Assembly: GCA_963762255.1 (NCBI GenBank)
Contig: CAVXKA010000001.1
Location: 1,184,001-1,248,000, forward strand
DNA: 64,000 nt
Direction: 5' to 3'
Origin: Candidatus Eiseniibacteriota bacterium
GTDB taxonomy: Bacteria; Eisenbacteria; RBG-16-71-46; JABDJR01
Positions 10,681 to 20,975 of this stretch are shown here, one piece after another. The position numbers and the translations under genes were made by a program. The notes under the pieces are model-generated. The model did not search any database and was not told where the DNA came from. It saw only the letters and a list, made by a program, of their open reading frames with translations. Numbering within the stretch: the first letter of the stretch is position 1; the number at the start of each line of letters is the position of its first letter.

Positions 10681-12152
10681 TCAGCAACCCTGGTGGTAGC
10701 GGTGAGGGCGTGGTGGAGTTCCCGCTTCAACTTCGCCCGTGTCTCGGCGATCTGGGCGAGGAGCTTCTCGTATTCCGGCAGGAGGTGGTCCACGTCGCCG
10801 GGGCCGGTGTCGGGGTTGTGCGGGTTCTTGAGGTCGAGGTTGAAGTTGCCGGCCTTGATCTGATCGATGGAGACGCGCCAGGCGTGTTCGTCTTCCACGC
10901 GGGACTTGAAACCCTTCTTCTCCGAGCCCCACCAGGCGCGCTCGCCCTCGAACTCCTCAATGCGGATAGGTTTGCCCTTGTTGTAGCTCTTGGCGCCAGG
11001 AGGATAAGGGTGCTCGTAGTACCAGACGTGGGTGGTGGGCTGACCCTTAGTGAAGAACAAGAGGTTGGTGCGGATGCCGGTGTAGGGATTGAAGACCCCG
11101 TTCGGGAGACGGACGATGGTGTGGAGGTTGCATTCGGTGAGGAGGGCTTCCTTAATGCGGGTCTTCACGCCCTCGCCGAAGAGGGTGCCGTCCGGCAGTA
11201 CGAGCCCGGCGCGGCCGCCGGGCTTGAGGATCTTCATGAGGAGCACGAGGAAGAGGTCGGCGGTCTCGCGGGTGCGAAACTCGGCGGGGAAGTTCGACTC
11301 GATGCCGTCCTCCTCCATGCCGCCAAAGGGTGGATTCGTGACGATGACGTCCACGCGTTCCTTCGGGCCCCAGTCGCGCAGCGGGCGGGCGAGGGTATTG
11401 TCGTGCCGGACGCTGGACGGGACGTCGATGCCGTGCAGCAGGAGATTGGTCATGCACAGGACGTGCGGGAGGTGCTTCTTCTCGATGCCGGCGAAGCAGT
11501 CCTGAATGGCGCGCTCGTGGGCCTCGGTCTTGGCCTGCTTGCGCAGGTGTTCGATGGCGCAGACGAGGAAGCCGCCTGTTCCGCAGGCGGGGTCAAGGAT
11601 GGTCTCACCAAGACGGGGATTGACTTGTTCGACGATGAACTGGGTAACGGCACGCGGGGTGTAGAACTCGCCGGCATTTCCCGCAGACTGGAGATCCTTG
11701 AGAAGCTTCTCGTAGATGTCACCGAACATGTGGCGGTCAGCGGAGGCATTGAAGTCGATGCCATTGATCTTGTTGATGACCTGCCGCATGAGGGTGCCGT
11801 TCTTCATGTAATTGTTGGCATCCTCAAAGACCATGCGGATGAGCCCGGCGATCCTGTCGCCACCGCCAGTCAGGGACTTCAGCTTTGGCAAGAGCGTGTT
11901 GTTGACGAATTCGAGCAGGACATCGCCGGTGATGCCTTCGTCGTCAGTCGCCCAAGTGGACCAGCGGAGGCTTCTCGGTAGGGGCGACTTGTAGTCGTCT
12001 CGGACGATCTTCATCTCCTTCTCGCGGTCATCGAAGATCTTGAGGAAGAACATCCAGCCGAGCTGCTCCAGCCGCTGCGCATCACCGTAAGTGCCGGCGT
12101 CCTTACGCATGATGTCCTGGATCGTCTTAACGATGTTGGAGATGTTGGCCAT
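10677..12152 (-). CDS. hsdM: Type I R-M N6-adenine methyltransferase
   Basis: GEFYTPR, DPACGTGGFL, NPPFGG. ATGA overlap with hsdS. Confidence 0.96.
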   Translation of the reverse strand: MANISNIVKTIQDIMRKDAGTYGDAQRLEQLGWMFFLKIFDDREKEMKIVRDDYKSPLPRSLRWSTWATDDEGITGDVLLEFVNNTLLPKLKSLTGGGDRIAGLIRMVFEDANNYMKNGTLMRQVINKINGIDFNASADRHMFGDIYEKLLKDLQSAGNAGEFYTPRAVTQFIVEQVNPRLGETILDPACGTGGFLVCAIEHLRKQAKTEAHERAIQDCFAGIEKKHLPHVLCMTNLLLHGIDVPSSVRHDNTLARPLRDWGPKERVDVIVTNPPFGGMEEDGIESNFPAEFRTRETADLFLVLLMKILKPGGRAGLVLPDGTLFGEGVKTRIKEALLTECNLHTIVRLPNGVFNPYTGIRTNLLFFTKGQPTTHVWYYEHPYPPGAKSYNKGKPIRIEEFEGERAWWGSEKKGFKSRVEDEHAWRVSIDQIKAGNFNLDLKNPHNPDTGPGDVDHLLPEYEKLLAQIAETRAKLKRELHHALTATTRVAE

Positions 12153-12155
12153 GGG

Positions 12156-14527
12156 TCAGGCTGCTTCCCTGTAGAGCTGGTTTTCCAGTTCGTGGATGGC
12201 GGCAAGGTAGTTCTCTTTGCCGCCAAAGAGGTTGACGATTTCAATGGGCGTGCCGAAAGCAGTCAACGGATCGACTTTGAGGATTTCGAGCGATTCGACG
12301 CTCTTCAACCCAGCGTCGGCGTATTTGTCCAGCAAGGCTTCCAGGACGCCGCGAGCTGCTTTGCCGTACTTCCCAAAGACGTGTCGCTTGCGCACATGCT
12401 CCGCGCGTTCGCGTCGGGTAAGCGGCGGTTGGTCGAAGGCCACATGGCAGATGAGATCGAAAACGTCGATGTCCCGGCCGACCTGCTCGGCGAGTTCCTC
12501 CAGAAACACGCCGCGACTGGCAAGCTCCTCCAGGATGACTTGCTTGCGGTCTGCCTTGTTCCAGGCGTTCAGGAACGCGTCCAGAGAGGTGTACGCCTTC
12601 CGGACCGCCTTCCGAGTGTAGTCCTTAAGCGACTCAGTAATGAGCGTGCCGTCTGCGTCGAGGTACTGGACGCGCTCTGTGACGATCGTGACTTCAACGT
12701 CGTCGACGTAGTACTTGGGCGACCGCTCACGTGCCACGTCTCCGCCCACACCGCCAGGCGTGTCGGGGTTCCCGTCCGCGTTACCCCCATCCGTGTCGAT
12801 CTCTGACTCTTCTTCTGGTGGGACGGGCGGATCGCCGGGCTTGGGTTCGTAGATCTGGACGGGGTCACCGTCGAAGTTCGGGTCGGCGAACAGCGCTGTG
12901 GCCCGTTTGAAGTCCATGATGGTGAAGAAGAATTTGTCGTAATCCTCGTTGATGCGGGTGCCGCGACCGATGATCTGCTTGAACTCGGTCATCGAGTTGA
13001 TGCGTTTGTCGAGCACGATCAGGCGACAGGTCTGCGCGTCGACGCCCGTTGACATCAGCTGCGAGGTTGTTGCGATCACCGGGTAGGTGGACTCCGGGTC
13101 GATGAAATTGTCGAGTTGTGCCTTTCCTTCGTCGTTGTCCCCGGTGATGCGCATCACGTACTTGCTGTTGGCTGCGGCAAGGTCAGGATTTGCATTGACC
13201 AGCGCTTGGCGCATCCGCTCCGCGTGGTCGATGTCCTCGCAAAACACGATGGTCTTGGCGAAACGGTCGGTCGCTATGAGGAACTCAGTGATCTTGGCCG
13301 CGACGAGCTGCGGTCCGCTGTTCGAGAACCAGGGTGCGATCGAAATCCGAAACGTTGTACTCGCGGTCCTCAATGAGATGACCGTGCTTGTCGGTCTTCC
13401 CCTTCTCAGGGCGCCAGCCTTCCAGGTCCTTGTCGATGTCGATCCGGATCACCTTGTAGGGGGCCAGGAAGCCGTCGTCGATGCCCTGCCTCAGGGAATA
13501 GGTGTAGATCGGATCCCCGAAGTATTCGATGTTGGAGACATCCCTGGTCTCCTTGGGCGTTGCCGTCATGCCGATCTGCGTGGCCGACGAGAAGTACTCC
13601 AGCACTTCACGCCAGCGCGCAGTCATCGGCGGCGCTGCCCCGATGGCACTCGTCCACGATTACGAGGTCGAAGAAGTCCGGGGAGAACTGTTTGTAGATG
13701 TTCTGCTCTTCCTCCGTCCCCGTGACGGCCTGGTAGAGGGACAGGTAGATCTCAAAGGCTTTGTCGACCTTACGGTTGGTGATCTTGGTCATCGCCTGCC
13801 CGAAGGGCTTGAAGTCATTGGTCTTTGTTTGGTCAGCGAGTATGTTGCGGTCGACAAGGAAGAGGATCCGCTTCTTTGCGCCCGACTTCCAAAGACGCCA
13901 GATGATCTGGAACGCGGTGTAGGTCTTTCCGGTTCCGGTGGCCATGACAAGCAGGATGCGATCCTCGCCCTTGGCGATGGCTTCGACCGTTCGGTTGATA
14001 GCGACCAGCTGGTAGTAACGGGGCGTCTTGCCAGAGCCGTCATCGTGGTAGCCCTGCGTTGTCACAAGGTCCTGGGCTGCAGTGTGGCTCTTGGCCTTGC
14101 TATAGCGCGCCCAGAGATCGTCCGGGGTGGGGAACTGGTCGAGCGGGATTTCTCTTTCGACGGGGCCGCCAGCTCCTGTCCTGTCATGCTCCAGGAAGGC
14201 ATCACCGTTCGAGCTGTAGGCAAAGGGAACATCGAGGATCTCGGCGTACTCCAGAGCCTGCTGCATGCCCGCGCCGACGGAGTGATTGTTGTCCTTCGCC
14301 TCGATGACGGCGATCGGAATGCCCGGCTTGTAGTCGAGAATGTAGTCGGCCTTCTTGCCCTTACCGCGGCTGACGGGCTTGCTGCGGGCGTTCACAGGCC
14401 CGTTCGTGAAGTAGAACTCCTGCCTGATCTGGGTCATTACGTCCCACTTGCCGCCATTCGGGGCAACAAGCGCAGGCGTGATGAACTTGGTGCAGACATC
14501 TGTCTCGGTCAGGGTTTTCTTATCCAT
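12156..14527 (-). CDS. hsdR: Type I restriction endonuclease subunit R (EcoAI/EcoEI-like), two apparent +1 frameshifts (~13315, ~13615)
   Basis: Three consecutive ORF pieces carry [37 protein letters not shown] and an EcoEI-like C-terminus. Confidence 0.9.
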
Positions 14528-14731
14528 GTATCCTGCACATCCGGCTTGGTCCTGGCCCGCCTAATCGCGCTGTTATGCCGCACTCGCGTTATCGCCGCGC
14601 GTCTAGGTGCTGTGCCGCGACATTGGAGGCACAGCCCAAGTGTACCTGCCGAGACGAAGCTGTCGCTCTCCGCCGTGACAATAGCCCACCAGCGCGATCA
14701 CCGCGGGAAGGTAACGTGACCAACACGGTAC

Positions 14732-15763
14732 TCAAACCCCGTCTGCACCCGTGGCGTGCGCAGCGGCCTGCCGCCTTTCGTACCATCGTTTCCAAAGCTG
14801 GCGCAGGACAGGATTCGTACATCGACTGGCAAGATCCTCCGCGAGATCGTCGGCCTGGGCTCGCAGCGCCGCATCTGCACCGATCAATGTCAGCGCGTTG
14901 GTAGCAGCTCGGGAGGGGTACACGTGAGTGCTTCGTTGTCGAATCACTTTCACGTCGCGCGCACTGCTGCGAATTGCGTCCATCCGCTGACCGATGTCTT
15001 CGATGACGTCCATCGTATCTGAATACGAGAGTTCCCACCGATCTGAGTTTGGCTCCAATGCGAATGTAGGGGACTCAACCAACTCATCTAGCTGATCCAA
15101 GTATACGTGCAGGCTGTCGCTGAAATGGATGTAGGGTCCTGGCTTGAGGCCCAGCCACCCCGCCAACATTTCCTGGAGGGTGGTGAACTGGACGACGTTG
15201 TGGGGCCAGCCGAGTTTGAGATCATTGCTGCGCATGACTTGGACCCACTCCAGCCGCTCCTCACGCACCTTGAGCAGCGAACACACATTGCAGGGGATGT
15301 CCTGACTTCTCGGCTGGCCAGCCTCGATCGGCAGATCTGATGCCGCATCCCAGATCTGCAACACCACCTGTCGTGTGTCGGGGCGTGCGCGTAGCGATTC
15401 GAAAGCGTAGCGAATCTGGTCGATGCCAAAGCGAAACCGCAGACGCTGACCGTAGGCACCATAGTAGAGGGGCCCGCGGCCAGCGAGCTTCGGGAGACGT
15501 GGATTCCAGTAGTTGAGAAACCCGGAGTCATCCCGCCCGCTGAGAATCCAGATCACCTCCGCAAGTGCGAATGCCGGGTTCATCGCCGGCCGTCGATTGA
15601 GCACCCAGCGCTCTGCCGACTCGTTGATCACCAAGCACGTATGGAGCAGCTCGATCGTATCGCCACCACGGCCGGTCTGCTGCAGGGTTCCATGTCGCCG
15701 ACCAATTCGCTCTGCCGCGTCACGCCAGACCTCGTCAGCGGTCCTACCTTCGATCAAGTGCAC
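14732..15763 (-). CDS. Thymidylate synthase / deoxynucleotide hydroxymethylase homologue
   Basis: YGQRLR, DTRQVVLQIW, DIPCN (catalytic Cys), MRSND..LGWPHN, SLHVY. GTG start overlaps the upstream stop. Confidence 0.85.
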   Translation of the reverse strand: MHLIEGRTADEVWRDAAERIGRRHGTLQQTGRGGDTIELLHTCLVINESAERWVLNRRPAMNPAFALAEVIWILSGRDDSGFLNYWNPRLPKLAGRGPLYYGAYGQRLRFRFGIDQIRYAFESLRARPDTRQVVLQIWDAASDLPIEAGQPRSQDIPCNVCSLLKVREERLEWVQVMRSNDLKLGWPHNVVQFTTLQEMLAGWLGLKPGPYIHFSDSLHVYLDQLDELVESPTFALEPNSDRWELSYSDTMDVIEDIGQRMDAIRSSARDVKVIRQRSTHVYPSRAATNALTLIGADAALRAQADDLAEDLASRCTNPVLRQLWKRWYERRQAAAHATGADGV

Positions 15764-17463
15764 TGAACGTCCCCCCGTATGTGTCCAATTCGCTCGTTGA
15801 GCTTCCACTTTGGCGGATACCACGGCATGGGCAGCGGACCAATCGGCCGGAAGACCTGCTTGATGCGGGTTCGCCCATCCGCGCTGATCATGTCCGGATG
15901 CGCGATTCGCGAGTACTTGTCTACCTCGCAGAACAGGTTCTGGCAGTCAATCAACTGAAGAGGCCGCCCCCACAGATCCCGGAAGGCGAGGCCGCGTTGC
16001 TCGAATTCGTCGTATTGGCTCTCAGCCACATGCCGCATTACGTCCGCTTCGCTAAGTCCGGCGAGGTCACTGAAGCACTTTTGAATACCCCTTCGCGCGC
16101 CGGGCCCAGGCACCACGAAGTCCATCTCTGAGAAATTGAGAAGCTGACTGTAATTGAGGTCGATGATGTACTGGAATGCGAGAAAATCGCCCATCATCGG
16201 GTAGGCACGGAGTATCTCAAACCCCTGGCGAAGGGAGCGCGCGTCGACCAGCCGTTGTGGCAGGTCGTCGCGGAGCATCTGTTCAAGCAATCGAATATGC
16301 CCCAGGTGCTTCGCGCGACCCTGGCCGCCGGGGGCGACTGGCATAATGTAGGCGGCCGAGTAGATCCGCTTGTCTTCCCTTTGGGCTCCATCCAGCACCC
16401 TCTCATACCGGGACGGCTTGAATTCGGCTGCAAGCAGTTCACCAAGGGTCTGCTCCAGCAACTCCCAAGTGTCGATGCGGTTGAAGAGTCTGAAGAGGAT
16501 CGTCCTAAAGAACAGCTCGTCCGGTTGTTGTTCGCCTGCATAGAGCACGTTGCGAATCAGGTATTGACTCACTCGATCGGAAGCGCGGTAGGCGTTTGTA
16601 AAGCGGTGGCGCTGAAGGATGGGGTCGGTACTCCATTGTGGGGGTGTGCCTTCCAAGCGACGAAAAAAGACCTCCTGGCGCTCTGCGGCGAAGCGCCAGT
16701 ACGTGTCGAACACCTTAGTCGGCTTAAGCCCCTTGGCGCGCGCCATGCACAGTGTCGGCGACGGGGGATGCGGGGATGTCCTTTCACTGAGCGCGAGGCT
16801 CAGTTGTGGACCGCCCTTGGCGCTTTCGCCTGAGGTCATATGCCGGACTCCGCAAATCCTATCCATCACGCTATTCGCCATGCCGGTCACGACCGCATCA
16901 GGGTCCATACGGTTGTTGATGACCTCTACGCAACTGTGAGCCCGCTCGCGGGTGGCCAATTCACGGTATTCATGCGCCAGTTCGTGCCACTTCCGCGTGT
17001 CCTCGCTCACGCGCCAGGGCCGATGGCGGTCAATCATGAACACGACCAGCGGTTGCAGGGCTCCCCAGCACCGACGCTCGGCCGCGATGAGGCTCTCCAA
17101 AACGTCGGGGGAGATTCCGCTCAACGCTCCATAGACCGCGGTGGACCACCAGTAGCGATCAAGCACGATGTTCTCACCCGAGTCCACTTTGGGTCGGAAC
17201 ACTCTTTCGATGGCGTCGAGGTGCGCCGCAATGTGTGCGGCTTGGAGCGCCACGGGAGCAATCGCCCCAACGCCAAGGGCGCTAGCTTCATGATGAAGTC
17301 GGTATACAAGGGAGCCGAGGGTCCCTGGTTCGTTTCCCGGAAACGCGTGGGCATGGCAGACGAGGCCGACCTCACGGAGTCGCTCGATGAGTGCTGCGGT
17401 GAGCGTGGACTTGCCAACACCGTCGGGTCCCTCCAAGACGATTAGGTGACCAAGCCTCCTCAT
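15754..17463 (-). CDS. Fusion: dTMP-kinase-like P-loop kinase + aGPT-Pplase1-like (DNA base hypermodification) domain
   Basis: N-terminal LIVLEGPDGVGKST and LDRYWWST. C-terminal YWRFAAERQEVFFRR..DPILQRHRFTNAYRASDRVSQY, GPGARRG, QNLFCEVDKYSR. Confidence 0.8.
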   Translation of the reverse strand: MRRLGHLIVLEGPDGVGKSTLTAALIERLREVGLVCHAHAFPGNEPGTLGSLVYRLHHEASALGVGAIAPVALQAAHIAAHLDAIERVFRPKVDSGENIVLDRYWWSTAVYGALSGISPDVLESLIAAERRCWGALQPLVVFMIDRHRPWRVSEDTRKWHELAHEYRELATRERAHSCVEVINNRMDPDAVVTGMANSVMDRICGVRHMTSGESAKGGPQLSLALSERTSPHPPSPTLCMARAKGLKPTKVFDTYWRFAAERQEVFFRRLEGTPPQWSTDPILQRHRFTNAYRASDRVSQYLIRNVLYAGEQQPDELFFRTILFRLFNRIDTWELLEQTLGELLAAEFKPSRYERVLDGAQREDKRIYSAAYIMPVAPGGQGRAKHLGHIRLLEQMLRDDLPQRLVDARSLRQGFEILRAYPMMGDFLAFQYIIDLNYSQLLNFSEMDFVVPGPGARRGIQKCFSDLAGLSEADVMRHVAESQYDEFEQRGLAFRDLWGRPLQLIDCQNLFCEVDKYSRIAHPDMISADGRTRIKQVFRPIGPLPMPWYPPKWKLNERIGHIRGDVQCT

Positions 17464-17677
17464 GCTCCGTTCCCATCTAGGTCGTCGCCCCCCGAAAGCA
17501 CCGCACCATCCGTCGCGAACATCTCACGGAGCGAAGCTGGCCAAGTTAATGCCCACGCCTTGGTACACTGGTCACCTAGGCGCGCCGCGGCGGCCACAAT
17601 CTTCATTCGGGTGAGCGGTAGTCCTGTCTCACGTGCAAGAGATTGCCCTAGCCGGCGGAGCCCCAGATTCTTGTTGG

Positions 17678-18358
17678 TCACCCAGGTCGCCTCCTTTGAA
17701 CGCTTCGAGGCAATTGTGCCACGTGAGCGGGCGCGGCGATGGCCTTCTGGTGCTTCGAAAACTCTAGTGGCAGCCCTTGCAAGCCCCACAGACCGCTTGT
17801 CTCAAGCCACGCCACGAACACCTCGGTGAACTCCGCGGACAGGACGCGATGACCCTGAGATGAGCAACACAAGACTTCTCCACTCCTCTTGAACGGCTGG
17901 AAGCGCTTTGGAACCCGTACAGCAGAGGCACCGAAGTACACGAACGTCCAGGAGACCAACATGCGGTCTGCGCTAGTGTCGCGCGCGACATTCGTCTGAT
18001 TGGGCTTGCCGTCGTCGAGGCTGTGATGGGAATCTGCTTGAATCCATCGCTTCCCCCGATGGTGATAGATGTTATCACCGTACAGTTGCTTCAAACTGCC
18101 GTTGAGTACTGGTCGCTTGCAGGCGAAACGTGGGTCGCTCCAGTACCCGTTGAAGTCGAGGACCTCGTCGACCTTCATCGCGTAGATGATGTGACCAGCG
18201 AGACCGTACCTCGTCTTCGCGCCAGTTCCGACGATCCAATCGCCCACGACAGCCTTCGATCGAATCTGCGGCTTACACGTCGCCAGGGTGCAGAGCCCGA
18301 AGAAGGGGTTCGGGGCGAAGCCATAGTCACGCGCGACGATGTATGAGAAGAGTTTCAT
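17678..18358 (-). CDS. Nucleotide modification-associated domain 2 (Nmad2)-like protein
   Basis: MKLFSYIVARDYGFAPNPFFGLCTLATCKPQIR and GDNIY motifs. TAATG overlap with the upstream TIR gene. Confidence 0.8.
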   Translation of the reverse strand: MKLFSYIVARDYGFAPNPFFGLCTLATCKPQIRSKAVVGDWIVGTGAKTRYGLAGHIIYAMKVDEVLDFNGYWSDPRFACKRPVLNGSLKQLYGDNIYHHRGKRWIQADSHHSLDDGKPNQTNVARDTSADRMLVSWTFVYFGASAVRVPKRFQPFKRSGEVLCCSSQGHRVLSAEFTEVFVAWLETSGLWGLQGLPLEFSKHQKAIAAPAHVAQLPRSVQRRRPG

Positions 18359-18837
18359 TAGCAGTTGTAGCGTTTCAAGATCCACTCACGACTACGCGGC
18401 TTGCCGGTGGCCGGGTCATCCCACTCCTGGATTTCTCCCCTAATGGCCGAAACAACGCGCTCTCCCTGCCAGCCAACGATTGCCGCATCGCCGCACTTGG
18501 CAAGGGCCTGAGGGACATCGGCATCAGTGGCGCCTTGGGCGAAAACCCCGACCACAGTCTTGCCCTGCGCGACTGCTTGCTCGATCTCCCAATCCACCCA
18601 CCAGCTATCGGCGGTGTCGTGGCTTATGAGGACCACCAACGTGCTTGCCCACTGGATCCGTGGCGCGAGGATCTCCTTCTTGATGTAATCCTCGCTCCTG
18701 GCCTCGTTGGGCTTCTCACTGTTTATCGAGCCGTCGCGAACGTCCATCCCGGCGCGACTTATGAGGTCCTTCAGTTTTGGAAGCAGGTCGTCATCCTCGT
18801 GCACGTGCGAGATGAAGATGTTCTTCTTGTCAGCCAT
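18358..18837 (-). CDS. ThsB/MTH538-like TIR domain protein
   Basis: NIFISH, ASTLVVLIS, SWWVDWEI (catalytic Glu). RBS GGAGG. Overlaps the upstream stop. Confidence 0.88.
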   Translation of the reverse strand: MADKKNIFISHVHEDDDLLPKLKDLISRAGMDVRDGSINSEKPNEARSEDYIKKEILAPRIQWASTLVVLISHDTADSWWVDWEIEQAVAQGKTVVGVFAQGATDADVPQALAKCGDAAIVGWQGERVVSAIRGEIQEWDDPATGKPRSREWILKRYNC

Positions 18838-20899
18838 TGGTACCTCCGCGGTCATCCGTATCGGCGCAGGCTTTGTGCAGGCCAGTCAGGATCAACTCGA
18901 CGATGCGTTCAGGTGAGCGGGTGACAGCCAGCTCACGGTTCTCTTCGGGCTGAAGTCCATTGGACAACCCGTCGAAGCCGCCATCGTGGATCCGCTGGAA
19001 GATATAGTCGTAGTCCTTCCATGTAGCGCCCATGGTTGCGTATAAGGCGCGGAGTTCCTCCGTGAAGGGGACCGCCCGGTGGTAATCCCATGTAAGTGCT
19101 GCCGGCCGCCGCCCTTCAATGGCCTCGCAAACCAAGCGAGCACAGCCACCATAGGCCCCAATCAGGAACACTGGTTGCCGGGCTTCAACACTCAAGAGGA
19201 TCTCCTCCAAGACCCCAGGCATTTGGCCACGATACCCGTCTGATGGGGAGCCAATGCGGCCACCAAGAACGACCCGGGCGTTGACCTCCGAGACCTGCCG
19301 AGCGCGCATCTCCGTGAGGCCGCGTGCCCAGGCAAACCGTCTGATCGCGCTATCCACCGGCACTTCGTAGCGAACGGGATCTGTGAACAGGATGTCGAGC
19401 CCTTCGTCCACGCGGGACGGTCGCTGGCAAGGGAGCACTTCCACGAGAGGTCCTAGACGAGCCTGCGCGTGAACGGTCTCGAACGACGGCCACGGCAAGT
19501 AGTTGACAAGCTGCGGGACGATCACGTCGCCGGGATCTGTAGTACCACCCCGCAGGTGCTCGACTACCGGATCGCGAAGAAGGTCCGCGAGTCGGACAGT
19601 GTAGCCGTCACTACCTAGGTGGCCTCCGTAGGCGAGCCTGACCCCTGAAATCAGCAGATAGCGAGAGACCTCGATGAGAGCTGCCTCAAGGTGGAAAGGC
19701 CGCAGCCCGAAGTGCGCGATATCCTCAGCCGGTGACGAAGAAAGCGCCACGATGAGCGACTTAGCGCTCAAGTCGCTCTTCTTGGCGTGCCGTTCCAGTG
19801 GCGTCTCGACGCGAATGCCAGTCTTCTCGATGATGGCCAGTTCCTCCGCGCCCAGGGGGGGGTCTGGATACAGGACAACCTGATCGGGCTCGCGACGAAC
19901 AAGCGTCAGCAGCTCCGGTCCGGCCGGCAGCACTGCATCGCCCGCCTGTTTTCGCTGCTCAAGGCTCTCCACCGCATAGGCCTGCCTCAACGCTTCACGA
20001 AGTAAGAGGTCGAGCACCTCTTGTGCATCGCCTTTCCAGCGCACGACTGGCACATTGCCAACATATGGAAAACTCCGGACCTCTCTCGCCTGGATGGCGT
20101 CCACGACAACAACCGGGCGCTGAAAATGCTTGGCCAGGAGTACCTCGCGGCGGCACCAAGATCGTGACGAATACGAGTCGGTCAACACCGCCAGCAATGC
20201 CGCGTCCCGCACCCCGCCCTCGATCTCTTTGGCAAAGCGCGACCCCACCTCGATATCGCCGCTGTCGAACCATGTCTTTTGTGGCTGGCTTGCGGTAAGG
20301 TGCGCCAGGAGCGACTTGACCACGCGGGGTTCTGCTTCGAGGTCCAGCTTCGTATGGCTTAGAAAGATCGTCAGCGGAGACGCGTCTTCAAACGCTGGCC
20401 TGGGTTGGAGGCGACGTAGCAGCACATGAAGTATGCGTCTCACGATGAAAGATCGACGCTCCTGCTCGTCGTCGATCGACCAAGCGCGTAGGAAACTAAG
20501 ATCCGCGAGGCGTTCATCTACTGGCCAGGCGTACTGTGAAAGCTGCACGGGCATGAATCGATGATTCGGACTCCGGTCACAGAGAGCCCGCAACTGGACG
20601 ATGTAGTCAGCCCACGTGCGGCCGGTTCCCGATGGCCGATGCGCCTGCGCTGCAAGGTGGTCGTCTGCCAAAACCACAACCAGTACGCGCTCAGCTTCGA
20701 CGGCGAGCTGGGGCTCGGGCACAGAGCCCATCCCATCATCGGGAATGAACAGCGTCGGAATGCGCAACCCCGGTACAGCCGGATCGTCATTGAGTGCGCG
20801 GTGAAGGTTGTCAGCCATGGTCGCCGCGGCTGTACTGGTGGGGTGATACTCGAGCTGCACGAGGACGGCGGCCCGGGAACAAGATGTGCTACCCATCAC
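18830..20899 (-). CDS. TIR + SLOG (LD cluster 2-like) domain protein
   Basis: Central TIR (IFLSHTK..WFD..YSSRSWCRRE). C-terminal LAYGGHL, NYLPWP, LTEMR, ARVVLGG, MPGVLEE, LIGAYGG. Confidence 0.8.
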   Translation of the reverse strand: MMGSTSCSRAAVLVQLEYHPTSTAAATMADNLHRALNDDPAVPGLRIPTLFIPDDGMGSVPEPQLAVEAERVLVVVLADDHLAAQAHRPSGTGRTWADYIVQLRALCDRSPNHRFMPVQLSQYAWPVDERLADLSFLRAWSIDDEQERRSFIVRRILHVLLRRLQPRPAFEDASPLTIFLSHTKLDLEAEPRVVKSLLAHLTASQPQKTWFDSGDIEVGSRFAKEIEGGVRDAALLAVLTDSYSSRSWCRREVLLAKHFQRPVVVVDAIQAREVRSFPYVGNVPVVRWKGDAQEVLDLLLREALRQAYAVESLEQRKQAGDAVLPAGPELLTLVRREPDQVVLYPDPPLGAEELAIIEKTGIRVETPLERHAKKSDLSAKSLIVALSSSPAEDIAHFGLRPFHLEAALIEVSRYLLISGVRLAYGGHLGSDGYTVRLADLLRDPVVEHLRGGTTDPGDVIVPQLVNYLPWPSFETVHAQARLGPLVEVLPCQRPSRVDEGLDILFTDPVRYEVPVDSAIRRFAWARGLTEMRARQVSEVNARVVLGGRIGSPSDGYRGQMPGVLEEILLSVEARQPVFLIGAYGGCARLVCEAIEGRRPAALTWDYHRAVPFTEELRALYATMGATWKDYDYIFQRIHDGGFDGLSNGLQPEENRELAVTRSPERIVELILTGLHKACADTDDRGGTNG

Positions 20900-20975
20900 G
20901 TTTCGATCCTCTCAGTGACTGTCTGATGGTGGGGGCTCTGGCTCATATATTCTCCTGGTAGCCGCCACCGGATGC

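Noticed and set aside
14556-14583. GCATAAC-N6-ATTAGGC (minus strand) upstream of hsdR, and a loosely similar stretch at 25381-25406, as dif/attC-like sites
   Set aside because: Only a half-site, the two sequences align poorly, and there is no complementary arm.
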